From positions 744,001 to 770,552 of the forward strand of contig CP060763.1 of assembly GCA_023205875.1 (NCBI GenBank): 26,552 nt of DNA, in the 5' to 3' direction. Positions 1 through 8,433 of this stretch are shown in pieces. The DNA comes from Chloropicon primus. Its lineage: Eukaryota. Numbering within the stretch: position 1 is the first letter of the stretch; every line of letters begins with the position of its first letter. Both the position numbers and the translations under genes were made by a program. Below the pieces are notes generated by a model. That model worked only from the letters and a program-made list of their open reading frames with translations. It searched no databases and was not told where the DNA came from.

Positions 1-1368
1 CGAGTCCTTGGGATGGTCCGAGGGAGCGATGTAAATCATGTGGGAACGCTTGCTGTTTGGGTTTCTTATCATCGTGATTCCCTCGAAAGACCCTCTCGGC
101 GGATACTGGAGCTCAAAGTAAGTTTGCAAAATTTCTTCCTCTTCTTCCTGTGTCCCATAGTACAAGACCAGGTCTTGCTCACCCGCGAGGTCATTGATAT
201 TATCCTTGCTGTCAACGGTTCTGCTCTTGCGCACCTTTTCCCACATATCGAGTTTAAAACGATCGAGTTCCAAGTAAGAAAGGTCTTCTTCCGCAAAGGG
301 CACGTAAACGGAGTTGCTCACTATTCTTTCTATGCCCATCTCGAAGAAATCGTCCGGATTCGAGGTCCCTCTCTCCCCAAAGTTATGGTTCCGGCTGACC
401 TCGGGGACAATGGTCTGGCGACCCTGCCTCTGCTTGTCTTGCCTCATGTAGTCGTCCCAGAACGCTGCAGGCCAGCCCGCCTTTAGCTCGTCCCAGAGCC
501 CCCTGGTGAGCATCCATCCGAGTCCTCCGAAGAAATCCGTGCGTCTCAAAGCACGGGGATCGCTGGCGTAGCTTCCATAACCATTGTCGTTCCAGGAGCT
601 GACGGCGTAAAGGGAAGGGTCCTTATCCAGCAGACGTGCCGTGCCTTCGAAGAACTGAAAGAAATCCACAGAGACTTCCATGTCGTCCTCCACTATGATT
701 GCTTTTGGGTGCTTCATGCAGTCGAAGATCTGTCCCAGCGCCCACTTGTAGTGGGCGGACAGGTAGTAGTAGCCCCTCAAGCGAGGCTTCACCCCCTCCA
801 GCCCCCCTTCCTCCCCCCGGGGATGCACGAGGTGACCCGCGACGAGCGAAGGGAAGGACTCGATCACTTTGCTCACGTCTGCGTTGTCTCCGTCCTGAGA
901 TACGAAGACGGGGAACTTTCTGGACACGCTCCTCGCCTTTAGGCGCTCTCGTATCGCCCCTAGAGTGGTGTTGAGATATCTTGGCCGGTTGTAGCTGAGG
1001 ACGAGAACCGCTGCCACCTGTCCCCGTCCCTCCACGAATGTCTCTTGAGAAGGCGAGCAGAACGAGGAGTTCAGAAGACCAGTGGCAACGCGGTCCACCC
1101 CCGCACTCGCGGTGCTCCCAAACGCACCCACCGCCCCGACCTCCTCTGTCTTGTGCCACGCTTCTGTCTCGACCACAAGTCCACCCTCCTTCTTCGCTCT
1201 GTCGCTGTCCGCGCCTGTCTGTTGCAATCTCAAAGTCACGTCCGTCCGAAGCGACATGGACGAGAGCAGGGCGTGCACGAGGCACAGGGTAAGGACCGAG
1301 CAAACCATCGCCTCCACACTCACCCGCCACCTTGCCCTCGTTGTCCTTTGGGCCCTCAGCACCACCAT
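1..1368 (-). CDS. GT13 family glycosyltransferase, alpha-1,3-mannosyl-glycoprotein 2-beta-N-acetylglucosaminyltransferase (GnT-I/MGAT1)-like; 3' end runs off the window
   Basis: Manual translation of the minus strand from ATG 1368 (in-frame TGA upstream at 1378-1380) is stop-free to base 1. N-terminus MVVLRAQRTTRARWRVSVEAMVCSVLTLCLVHALLSS resembles a type II membrane anchor. GT13 motifs: VLVLSYNRPRYL, FPVFVSQDG, YYLSAHYKWALGQIF, IIVEDDMEVSVDFF, VSSWNDNG, RTDFFGGLGWML, WPAAFWDDYMR, PEVSRNHNFGERGTS. Not in the ORF track because no stop lies inside the window. Confidence 0.92.
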   Translation of the reverse strand, partial: MVVLRAQRTTRARWRVSVEAMVCSVLTLCLVHALLSSMSLRTDVTLRLQQTGADSDRAKKEGGLVVETEAWHKTEEVGAVGAFGSTASAGVDRVATGLLNSSFCSPSQETFVEGRGQVAAVLVLSYNRPRYLNTTLGAIRERLKARSVSRKFPVFVSQDGDNADVSKVIESFPSLVAGHLVHPRGEEGGLEGVKPRLRGYYYLSAHYKWALGQIFDCMKHPKAIIVEDDMEVSVDFFQFFEGTARLLDKDPSLYAVSSWNDNGYGSYASDPRALRRTDFFGGLGWMLTRGLWDELKAGWPAAFWDDYMRQDKQRQGRQTIVPEVSRNHNFGERGTSNPDDFFEMGIERIVSNSVYVPFAEEDLSYLELDRFKLDMWEKVRKSRTVDSKDNINDLAGEQDLVLYYGTQEEEEEILQTYFELQYPPRGSFEGITMIRNPNSKRSHMIYIAPSDHPKDS

Positions 1369-1391
1369 AATCTCATCTCATCTCTCTCTAG

Positions 1392-1421
1392 GCAGAGCAG
1401 AGCAGAGCAGAGCAGAGCAGA
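1392..1421. repeat. (GCAGA)6 microsatellite
   Basis: Read directly, just upstream of the GT13 start codon. Confidence 0.9.
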
Positions 1422-1565
1422 ACACAATGCGGCTCCCTCCAGCAAGACGAATCTATGTCCTTGGCCTTCATCGTCCCCTCGTGAACTTTCCTGTGTTCCC
1501 CCTCGCCTCCTCCTCCTCATCATCTTGTTCTTGTGTTGTCCCCCTCCTGTCCTGTCTTGTCCCGT

Positions 1566-1656
1566 TCTTGCCTTCCCACCGCTCCTGGTCCTGGTCCTGG
1601 CTTGAGTCCAAAGATGGCGCCTTGGCCCTGCCTCCAGGTTTCTCTCTCTCTCTCTC

Positions 1657-1689
<33 letters not shown>

Positions 1690-1803
1690 CAGGGGACTGC
1701 AAATCAGTCCCGTGCCGGCGTTCTTGCCCCCCTCGTTTCCTGTCTTGCCTTCCCACCGCTCCTGGTCCTGGTCCTGGCTTGAGTCCAAAGATGGCGCCTT
1801 GGC
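1566..1803 (+). repeat. 61-bp exact direct repeat (1566-1626 and 1743-1803) flanking a (CT)n(GT)n microsatellite (about 1642-1688)
   Basis: TCTTGCCTTCCCACCGCTCCTGGTCCTGGTCCTGGCTTGAGTCCAAAGATGGCGCCTTGGC occurs twice, with starts 177 bp apart. Confidence 0.92.
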
Positions 1804-1923
1804 TTGCAGGGTTTGGCTCCTTCCCTTCCCTTTCCCTTCACTTTGGCGGAGGCGAGGGGAGGGGAGGAAGGCGACGAGAGAGGCGAGGACGAGGGAGGAG
1901 GGAGGAGGGAGGAGGGTTTCAGG

Positions 1924-3075
1924 ATGGACGCGCAGGAGGAGGAGCGACACGCGGCGGAGAACATACTCCGTGCGTTTCGTAACTACGACAAGGAGGGACT
2001 CTTGGACGTCTTGCGTTGGGAACACAACTACAACAAGCTCTCGTCCACACACCAGAGACTCATGCGGAGTCTGCAAGAGGTTCACGGGAAGGCGAGGGAG
2101 TGTCTGAAGAGGAACCAGGATTTCTTCGATAAGCTGGTCGCGGCGGTGGACGAGGACAACGGGAACGAGTCCTCTCCCCTGCGGGAGAGCCAGGAGACGA
2201 GCACCTCGGGGAGGAGGGGATCCAACGACTTGAGCTCGAGGAAGGAAAAGGAGGGGGAAAGGGTGAGCGCGCTGGACGTGGAGAAGGTGAGGTACGTGCT
2301 GAAGGATCTGGTGAGGGAGTGGAGCGCAGAGGGAGCCATCGAGAGGGCCCAGAGCTACGACAAAATAACTGGGATCTTGTGCGAGCTCTTCCCGGTGAGG
2401 GGACCGGGCCACAGGCCCAAGGTGCTGGTTCCCGGCTGCGGCTTGGGGAGGCTGGTCCTCGAGATCGCCTCCAGGGGCTTCGTGGTCGAGGGAAACGAGT
2501 TCTCCTACTACATGCTCTTCACCTCCGCTTTTGTGATGAACTACGCGGAGAGGAAGGACCAGTGGGAGATATTCCCGTACTTGCTGAACTCGTGCAACAA
2601 CAGGACCCACGGGGACCAGCTGAGGCGGGTGAGGATCCCCGACGTCTGCGCGAACGACTTTGCTTCCACGATCGTGGACCCGAACCAGATGTCCATCTGC
2701 GGCGGCGACTTCGTGGAGGTGTACGGCCGGGAGGAGCACAAGGGAAAGTGGGACAGCGTCGTGACCTGCTTCTTCCTGGACACCGCGCACAACTTCATCG
2801 ATTACGTCGAGGTGATTCGGCACTGCCTCAAGGACGGCGGCGTCTGGATCAACCTCGGCCCGCTTCTGTGGCACTGGGCGGACCACACCTACTTGGGTCC
2901 CAACGAGCTCAGCCTGGAGGTCCCGTGGGAGGACGTGGAGAGGGTCATCGAGGAGGAGTACGGGTTCCAGAGAGAGAGGCAGGAGATGGCCAAGTGCAAC
3001 TACACCAACAACATGAAGTCCATGATGCAGACGGTCTTCTTCTGCAACTTGAGCGTGTACAAGAAGGCCAGCTAA
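1924..3075 (+). CDS. CARNMT1: Carnosine N-methyltransferase / protein-histidine methyltransferase (N2227-like, CARNMT1 family)
   Basis: Motifs LKDLVREWSAEGAIER, VLVPGCGLGRL (SAM motif I), EGNEFSYYML, GGDFVEVY, DSVVTCFFLDTAHN, GGVWINLGPLLWH. First in-frame ATG is at 1924 (MDAQEEE). Confidence 0.9.
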   Translation: MDAQEEERHAAENILRAFRNYDKEGLLDVLRWEHNYNKLSSTHQRLMRSLQEVHGKARECLKRNQDFFDKLVAAVDEDNGNESSPLRESQETSTSGRRGSNDLSSRKEKEGERVSALDVEKVRYVLKDLVREWSAEGAIERAQSYDKITGILCELFPVRGPGHRPKVLVPGCGLGRLVLEIASRGFVVEGNEFSYYMLFTSAFVMNYAERKDQWEIFPYLLNSCNNRTHGDQLRRVRIPDVCANDFASTIVDPNQMSICGGDFVEVYGREEHKGKWDSVVTCFFLDTAHNFIDYVEVIRHCLKDGGVWINLGPLLWHWADHTYLGPNELSLEVPWEDVERVIEEEYGFQRERQEMAKCNYTNNMKSMMQTVFFCNLSVYKKAS

Positions 3076-3403
3076 CGGCAGACCAGCGGTGCGCGGCGGG
3101 CCAAGTGAAGCAACGACGCCCCCTCCTTCCTCGGTTCCTTGTTCGTGCCCTGTTGTTTTGTTTTGGTCCAATATAACTTATTCATTGCATTGCATCGCAT
3201 CGCGACGATTGATGAGGATGATGTTGTCCTCCTGTTGCCGTTTTCGTTTTCTTGTCCTCGTCTTCGCCCAGCCCCCTCCTGGAGAGCTCATCCAATCCAA
3301 TTGGGCGCGAAAAAGAGTCAGGATCAAAAATCCATCGTCCCGCTCGAGTCGAGTGAGACGAGACGAGACTCTTCCGACCGACGAGGTAGGTAGCGTGTTT
3401 TCC

Positions 3404-5503
3404 ATGCTACTTGGAGTCCTCGCCACAGCGTTGACACGGAGAGCCTTGAGTATGAGTACCCAGACCGCGAACTACTGGAAGACCCAGTGCACGAACAAGG
3501 TGCACCTCCCCTTAAGCCAGACCATGACGAGGTGGAGCACGACGGTGGGCGTGAGGGCCAAGCACTGCAGTGCGCCGACGCTTAGTGTGCTTGGGCAGAG
3601 GACCAAGGGTCTCTGTCGAGCGCTGGGGGACCACCAGAGGACGTCGTCGTCGTCCCCTTCGTCGTCTGAGGGAGGGGGACGCCCTGGGTCTTCGGCGTTT
3701 TCCCTGCACGCGCCTTACTCTTCGGGAGGGGTCGAGCTTCCGCCCACCGTGTCGCAGAGCACCGGGTCCGGGAGGGAGGAGCTCCAGCTCACCATCAGTC
3801 GCCCGACGCTCCTCCTGAACCACATGGCGGAGAGGTACACGAGCACGCCGAGGGTTCTCATGGAGTTCGTGGACAATGCGATAGACGACGCGGAGGCGTA
3901 CTACAAGAGGAACGCGACGAGCGAGGGCAAGGACTTGGCCGGTGATCAGAGCTTCGGGTATTACGAGCGCGGCGTCGAGGTCAACGTCTTCGTGTGCAAG
4001 GAGAACAAGTCGATCAGGGTGGTGGATAACTGCCGAGGCATGCCCAAGGAGGTGCTTCAGAGGGTGGTGCTGAACGTGGGAGAGTCCAAGAAGAGGGGGG
4101 TGGCGTTCCTGAACGGCCAGTATGGGTTTGGCATGCAAGCTTTTCGCACCTGCTGCGAGTCCCTGACGGTTCAGACGAAGACCAGCGAGTTCGACGACGC
4201 CATGGAGATCACGCTCGGGAGGTGGCAGATGGAAGGCTTCGCCGTGGAGAAGGTGCCGAAGGAGACCTCTCCCATCAAGACCACGGGGACGGCGATTCAC
4301 CTTCAGAATTTCGACGAACAGTGGATGGACGAGACCTTCTCGGCCAGCCAGATCGCCAAGGAGATCGAGTTGCACTTTGAGCGACTCCTGGCTCGCCCGG
4401 GACTGACTGTGAACGTCACGGAGGAGGCCGCGGATGGGCAGATCATCTCTTTCCATAGGTGCGAGCCCTTCGATTACGGCAAGGACTCTCTCGGTGTCAT
4501 CGCTGCCATCGACCAGTCCGTTGTCTGGCCGGAACTCGAGGGCGATAACGGTATGAAGCTTAGCAACGTTGCGCCCCAGAAGGTCAACATCAGGCTCTGC
4601 GTTTCGTCCCAACCCGTGCACGGAAGGATCGCAAGATTCTTTGTGAACGGCCGCAGGATCAAGGAGGTTGCAGGCACGAGGTCCTTCACGGCTTACAGCA
4701 AGAGAAGGTGGACCGTGTGGGCCCACCCTAACGTCTTGGGGTTCATCGACATCTCTAACGAGGAAGGGTCGGCCCAGGGAGGAGCGCTGCAGCCGGTGAT
4801 CACCAGGGACGAGTTCAAGAGAACGAGGTACAGGAAGAGGATGTTCGAGTACCTCATCGAGTTGTGCGAGCAGAAGCTCGAGAAGGCGCTGAGCACTGCG
4901 AACAAGGCCCAGAGCGACAACAAGCTCGTCGTCTTGGAAGATATTCTGACAAACGTGCTGAGCACGGTGTCCAGGGAGGACAACAGGAGGAGGGCCAAAG
5001 GAGGCGATTCTGCCATGCTCGACTCCCTCGAGCCCCCAGAGGGTGGCTTGGGAATTTACAACCACACGCATCTCACCAAGGCTGCTGAGACGGCCTCCCG
5101 CAAGCGGTCCAAGGAGAAGAAGGCCGTTCCAAGGAAGACCAAGTCTCCCGCGGTGGACCAGGGCTTCAATGTCCGTCTGATCAGGGGCGATGGCAAGCGC
5201 AGCGAGCTCATCGGGAACACGATTTACGTTGACATTGAGCACGAGGACTTCAAGAACAGGATGAAGAAGAACAGAATGGGGCACGAGAGGTTCGACGACA
5301 GGATCTGCGGGTACCTTGCCACGATTATTGCGGCCCATTACCAGGACAGGCGGTACGTGGAGCATGGGTACCAGCCGAGTGACAGCAACCAGGCCTTCCA
5401 GGACATGATCGACGTTTACGTTAGGCTCGAGGCCAAGATCAGGAGCGAGTTGCCAAGCCTTTTGAAGCAGATCGAAGCACTTGAAGCAGCTTCTGCCGAG
5501 TAA
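3404..5503 (+). CDS. GHKL (HATPase_c) ATPase, MORC/MutL/Hsp90-like, with a probable N-terminal organellar targeting peptide
   Basis: GHKL motifs: I VLMEFVDNAIDDA, II IRVVDNCRGM, III NGQYGFGMQAF, IV TGTAIHL. A downstream S5/transducer-like segment (FFVNGRRI, VLGFIDI, LQPVITRDEF) precedes a helical C-terminus. The start is uncertain (ATG 3404 or 3452). The N-terminal ~100 aa are Ser/Thr/Arg-rich and nearly free of acidic residues. Confidence 0.8.
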   Translation: MLLGVLATALTRRALSMSTQTANYWKTQCTNKVHLPLSQTMTRWSTTVGVRAKHCSAPTLSVLGQRTKGLCRALGDHQRTSSSSPSSSEGGGRPGSSAFSLHAPYSSGGVELPPTVSQSTGSGREELQLTISRPTLLLNHMAERYTSTPRVLMEFVDNAIDDAEAYYKRNATSEGKDLAGDQSFGYYERGVEVNVFVCKENKSIRVVDNCRGMPKEVLQRVVLNVGESKKRGVAFLNGQYGFGMQAFRTCCESLTVQTKTSEFDDAMEITLGRWQMEGFAVEKVPKETSPIKTTGTAIHLQNFDEQWMDETFSASQIAKEIELHFERLLARPGLTVNVTEEAADGQIISFHRCEPFDYGKDSLGVIAAIDQSVVWPELEGDNGMKLSNVAPQKVNIRLCVSSQPVHGRIARFFVNGRRIKEVAGTRSFTAYSKRRWTVWAHPNVLGFIDISNEEGSAQGGALQPVITRDEFKRTRYRKRMFEYLIELCEQKLEKALSTANKAQSDNKLVVLEDILTNVLSTVSREDNRRRAKGGDSAMLDSLEPPEGGLGIYNHTHLTKAAETASRKRSKEKKAVPRKTKSPAVDQGFNVRLIRGDGKRSELIGNTIYVDIEHEDFKNRMKKNRMGHERFDDRICGYLATIIAAHYQDRRYVEHGYQPSDSNQAFQDMIDVYVRLEAKIRSELPSLLKQIEALEAASAE

Positions 5504-5544
5504 TTTTTATTGACATTTATGTTATCGTTTATACAGCAGCAGCA

Positions 5545-7878
5545 CTAAAGCTCGATTCCAAGCTCGTTCACCATTTCATCGATTGATTTGTCGTGAAGAG
5601 GCTTCTTCTCGATCGTGGCGGGCTTGGGTGATTCTCCGTTCTGTGCGGGGAGGGCAAGGGCTTTGTCCTTCACTGGAGTCCCTCCTAAAGAGGGCAGGGA
5701 GAGCTTGTCCGCCTCTTCCGCCTCTTGGTACACGGTGAGGAACTCGATCTCATCGTTTGTGACCGCGATTGCCGGCTTCATGGGAGACCCATTCGGCGCG
5801 ATCGCTTCGTTTCCCCCCATCTTGATCGGGCTTGAGGGGTCCAAGCTCATTGGCAGCTCCCCTCCCCCCGCGCCCTCTTCGAGCGTGTCCAGCCCATACG
5901 TATCGCAGTTGCTCACGGCGAAGGTCAGCCTATCGTCCATCGTTTCCCTCAGCTCCTTGAGCAGCTCGTCTTTCTCCCCCTGGCCCAGGTTCCAAAAGTT
6001 ATCGGGCGTCCCCTTCACGTGGAGCAAGGACTCCCAGTAGTTGGGAATCTCTAGCAAGTTCTCGCAAGTGTGAGCCTGAGGCAAGGTCTTGAGTAAGTTC
6101 TTGTGGTCGTGGTCGCTGAAGGCGAAGAATGGGAGCTCGATCTTGATGAGCTCCGTGTTTGGCAGGGGCAATCGATCGCTCCCAGTCACGAACTTCACAA
6201 AGCAGAGCTTCTTGTCCTTGGGCCACGAGTCCAGAACCTCCCAGAGCGCGTTGGACAGCAGGGGCCACTGTTCCTCGAGCTCCTCGTCGTAGTTCACCAG
6301 AAACACCTCTCTCACCGAGAAGTTTTCGAGGTTCTTCATGGACTCCTTTCCACAGATCGCCATCTGGAGGGACGCGGCGCTGCTGAAGTACCCCACGAGC
6401 TTCTCGGGCGTCAAGATGGAGTGAAACCCACGGCAAAGGGCATCGAACTGCCACTTCACTCCATCCAGCAAGACTGACTTGACAGAGTCTTCAATGAAGT
6501 CCTTCCTGGACATTCCCTTCTTCCCCTCGAGCACCAGCATGGATTCAAAGTCACCCTGAGGCAATTTATTGATGTTCTGAATGCTCTTGGCTGCCTCCGG
6601 GTCCATTGCCTCGAGGTACTCCATCGAGGGAACAAAGCCCTCGCCCTTGAGCAGCCGCTCAAAGATGACCTCGGAAAAGTCGACCGACAGATTTGTTCGG
6701 TTGAAGAACGCTTGGGCCATGAGCCAGCCCACGAAGTAGTACCTCTCCTTAACCTCCTCCGTCCTCTTGACGCCCAAGTTGAACCAAAACTTTCCCATCG
6801 ACCGGCTGAAGGCGAAGAGCAAGGGTGACCCCCTCCCACCCTTCGCAGTCAACTCCTGGCTCACCAGGTCGAAGAACTCTTTGCGAGGCCCGTGGCCCTC
6901 CCCCTTCTCGAACGCGACCGAAGTCCCCCCGTTCTCCTCCACGCCGCTCTCGACGAACAGCGGGAAGATCTTGCACCTGGGCCCCCTCACGTCGGGGTGC
7001 TCGAAAACCCCTCGGAAGACCTGGTGCGAAAAGTCCGTGAAGCCGCTTTGGAACGGCCGGTCCCTGACCACTCGGAGAGAGAGCTTGCTTTCGTCCTCCT
7101 CCGTGTTGAGCATCAGATAAACTAAAGTCGACACCGAGGCGGAGTCCAGCGCATACACGAGGTTCACCCCGAGCCCCAGCATGCACAAAACCTCTCCAAA
7201 CTCCCTCTTCTGCTTCTCCATATCGGCGCAGCTCAGCTGGGTGACGCTTCTGTTCAAGATGACAGAGATGTAGTTCATGAAGAAGCTGATGCTCTCATTG
7301 TGGAAGAGTCCGTCCTCAAGGCGCACCACGCCCTCCGTGCTCGGACTCTTTGGTCCGTTCAGCTCGTAAAAAAATTGCAGAACCTCCAGGGCCAGGCTCG
7401 TGCAGTAACACATATCCTTCCGCAGCACCTCCGGAAGCTTTTGCTCGAGGTGGTCCTGGATGCCCTTGATGCTCACCGCCCCCCAGTCCAGCGTCCCCCG
7501 AGTTGTTCCAGCTTCCAGAGCATCGAGAAGATCCCGCCAAGCGACGTCGAGGCACCTGTGCAGCACTAGCACCCGTTTCCTCGCTCTCGCCTCGTCCCCA
7601 CTAACGCTCTTGTCCTTCAGCTTGACCCTCGCGCTCTCTAGGGCGCACCCCAGGTCCTTCAAGGTCTTCCCCCGATCGCACGCAGCGAGGATGCCTATCA
7701 GAACGCCGTCCTTGTCCCTGTCCAGTCCCTTGGTGAGGTCCTCCAGCAACCTCTTTCCGCGGACGGAACCCAACCCCTGCTTGTCCCGGAGTTTGTCGCT
7801 GGTTGAGGCCCCCCTTTGGTTCACCCTCTCCTGGTGTTCCTCCCTCCCGCTCGCCCCAAAGCAAGAGAAGCACCCCAT
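5545..7878 (-). CDS. HECT-domain E3 ubiquitin ligase with an N-terminal MGCFSC acylation motif
   Basis: HECT motifs GEGHGPRKEFF, FVGWLMAQAFFN, FVKFVTGSDRLP and catalytic LPQAHTCENLLEIPNY. The first true ATG in the ORF is at 7878 (MGCFSCFGAS). Confidence 0.88.
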   Translation of the reverse strand: MGCFSCFGASGREEHQERVNQRGASTSDKLRDKQGLGSVRGKRLLEDLTKGLDRDKDGVLIGILAACDRGKTLKDLGCALESARVKLKDKSVSGDEARARKRVLVLHRCLDVAWRDLLDALEAGTTRGTLDWGAVSIKGIQDHLEQKLPEVLRKDMCYCTSLALEVLQFFYELNGPKSPSTEGVVRLEDGLFHNESISFFMNYISVILNRSVTQLSCADMEKQKREFGEVLCMLGLGVNLVYALDSASVSTLVYLMLNTEEDESKLSLRVVRDRPFQSGFTDFSHQVFRGVFEHPDVRGPRCKIFPLFVESGVEENGGTSVAFEKGEGHGPRKEFFDLVSQELTAKGGRGSPLLFAFSRSMGKFWFNLGVKRTEEVKERYYFVGWLMAQAFFNRTNLSVDFSEVIFERLLKGEGFVPSMEYLEAMDPEAAKSIQNINKLPQGDFESMLVLEGKKGMSRKDFIEDSVKSVLLDGVKWQFDALCRGFHSILTPEKLVGYFSSAASLQMAICGKESMKNLENFSVREVFLVNYDEELEEQWPLLSNALWEVLDSWPKDKKLCFVKFVTGSDRLPLPNTELIKIELPFFAFSDHDHKNLLKTLPQAHTCENLLEIPNYWESLLHVKGTPDNFWNLGQGEKDELLKELRETMDDRLTFAVSNCDTYGLDTLEEGAGGGELPMSLDPSSPIKMGGNEAIAPNGSPMKPAIAVTNDEIEFLTVYQEAEEADKLSLPSLGGTPVKDKALALPAQNGESPKPATIEKKPLHDKSIDEMVNELGIEL

Positions 7879-8297
7879 CCTTCCGCCCCCCTTCCTACCC
7901 AGCTCCCGCACGACCACGAGGCAATACCCGTGGTGGTGTGCTGTGTTAGGTAGCGTGCAGCCCCAACCGTCAAGCCAAGCCAAAGCCGCGGTCTTTGGTT
8001 CGTCCAAGCCCAGGATCGATGAAAAGACCCTCTCCTTCCACCCCCAAAGTGTTTCTCTCCCGCTCCACTCGTCTGCCTGTCTGTTGCGCCCCAAGGCCCA
8101 GGGCGGCCTTGCCTCCTTTCCTTTCCTTTCCTTTCCTCCCAAGGCGCTGCCTTTGGCCTCCTGGTTCGGGCCAGCTCAATTTTCAAAAAACAAAACGGCG
8201 AGGGCGATCGCGATCGAGGAGGGGAACCATCGCGACGACGAGGACGACGAGGACGGCGAGGACGAGGACGAGGGACCAGGGGGAGCGGCGGAGGGAG

Positions 8298-8330
8298 GGG
8301 ACCGGGACCGGGACCAGGACCGGGACCAGG
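8298..8330. repeat. (GGACCR)n hexamer microsatellite
   Basis: gggaccgggaccgggaccaggaccgggaccagg in the HECT/PCID2 divergent spacer. Confidence 0.85.
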
Positions 8331-8433
8331 GGGAGCGGAGCGTGCGGCGGAGGGGGGACAAGAGGACAGGGAGAGGGGGAGGGTGCTTGGGGAGGAAGGG
8401 GAGGTTTGCCCCTTCGTCGTCGTCGGCGTCAGC

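Noticed and set aside
1468..3171. 567-aa minus-strand ORF
   Set aside because: Antisense shadow of CARNMT1 caused by high GC3; no motifs, and it runs into microsatellites.
3089..3403. N-terminal extension of the 804-aa ORF
   Set aside because: It starts at a non-ATG codon 13 bp after the CARNMT1 stop and crosses UTR-like low-complexity DNA. Upstream ATGs near 3212-3221 cannot be fully excluded.
3512..5365. 617-aa minus-strand ORF
   Set aside because: Antisense shadow of the GHKL ATPase; no recognisable domain.
7879..8142. 88-aa upstream extension of the HECT ORF
   Set aside because: Non-ATG start within promoter-like repeats; MGCFSC is the first ATG.
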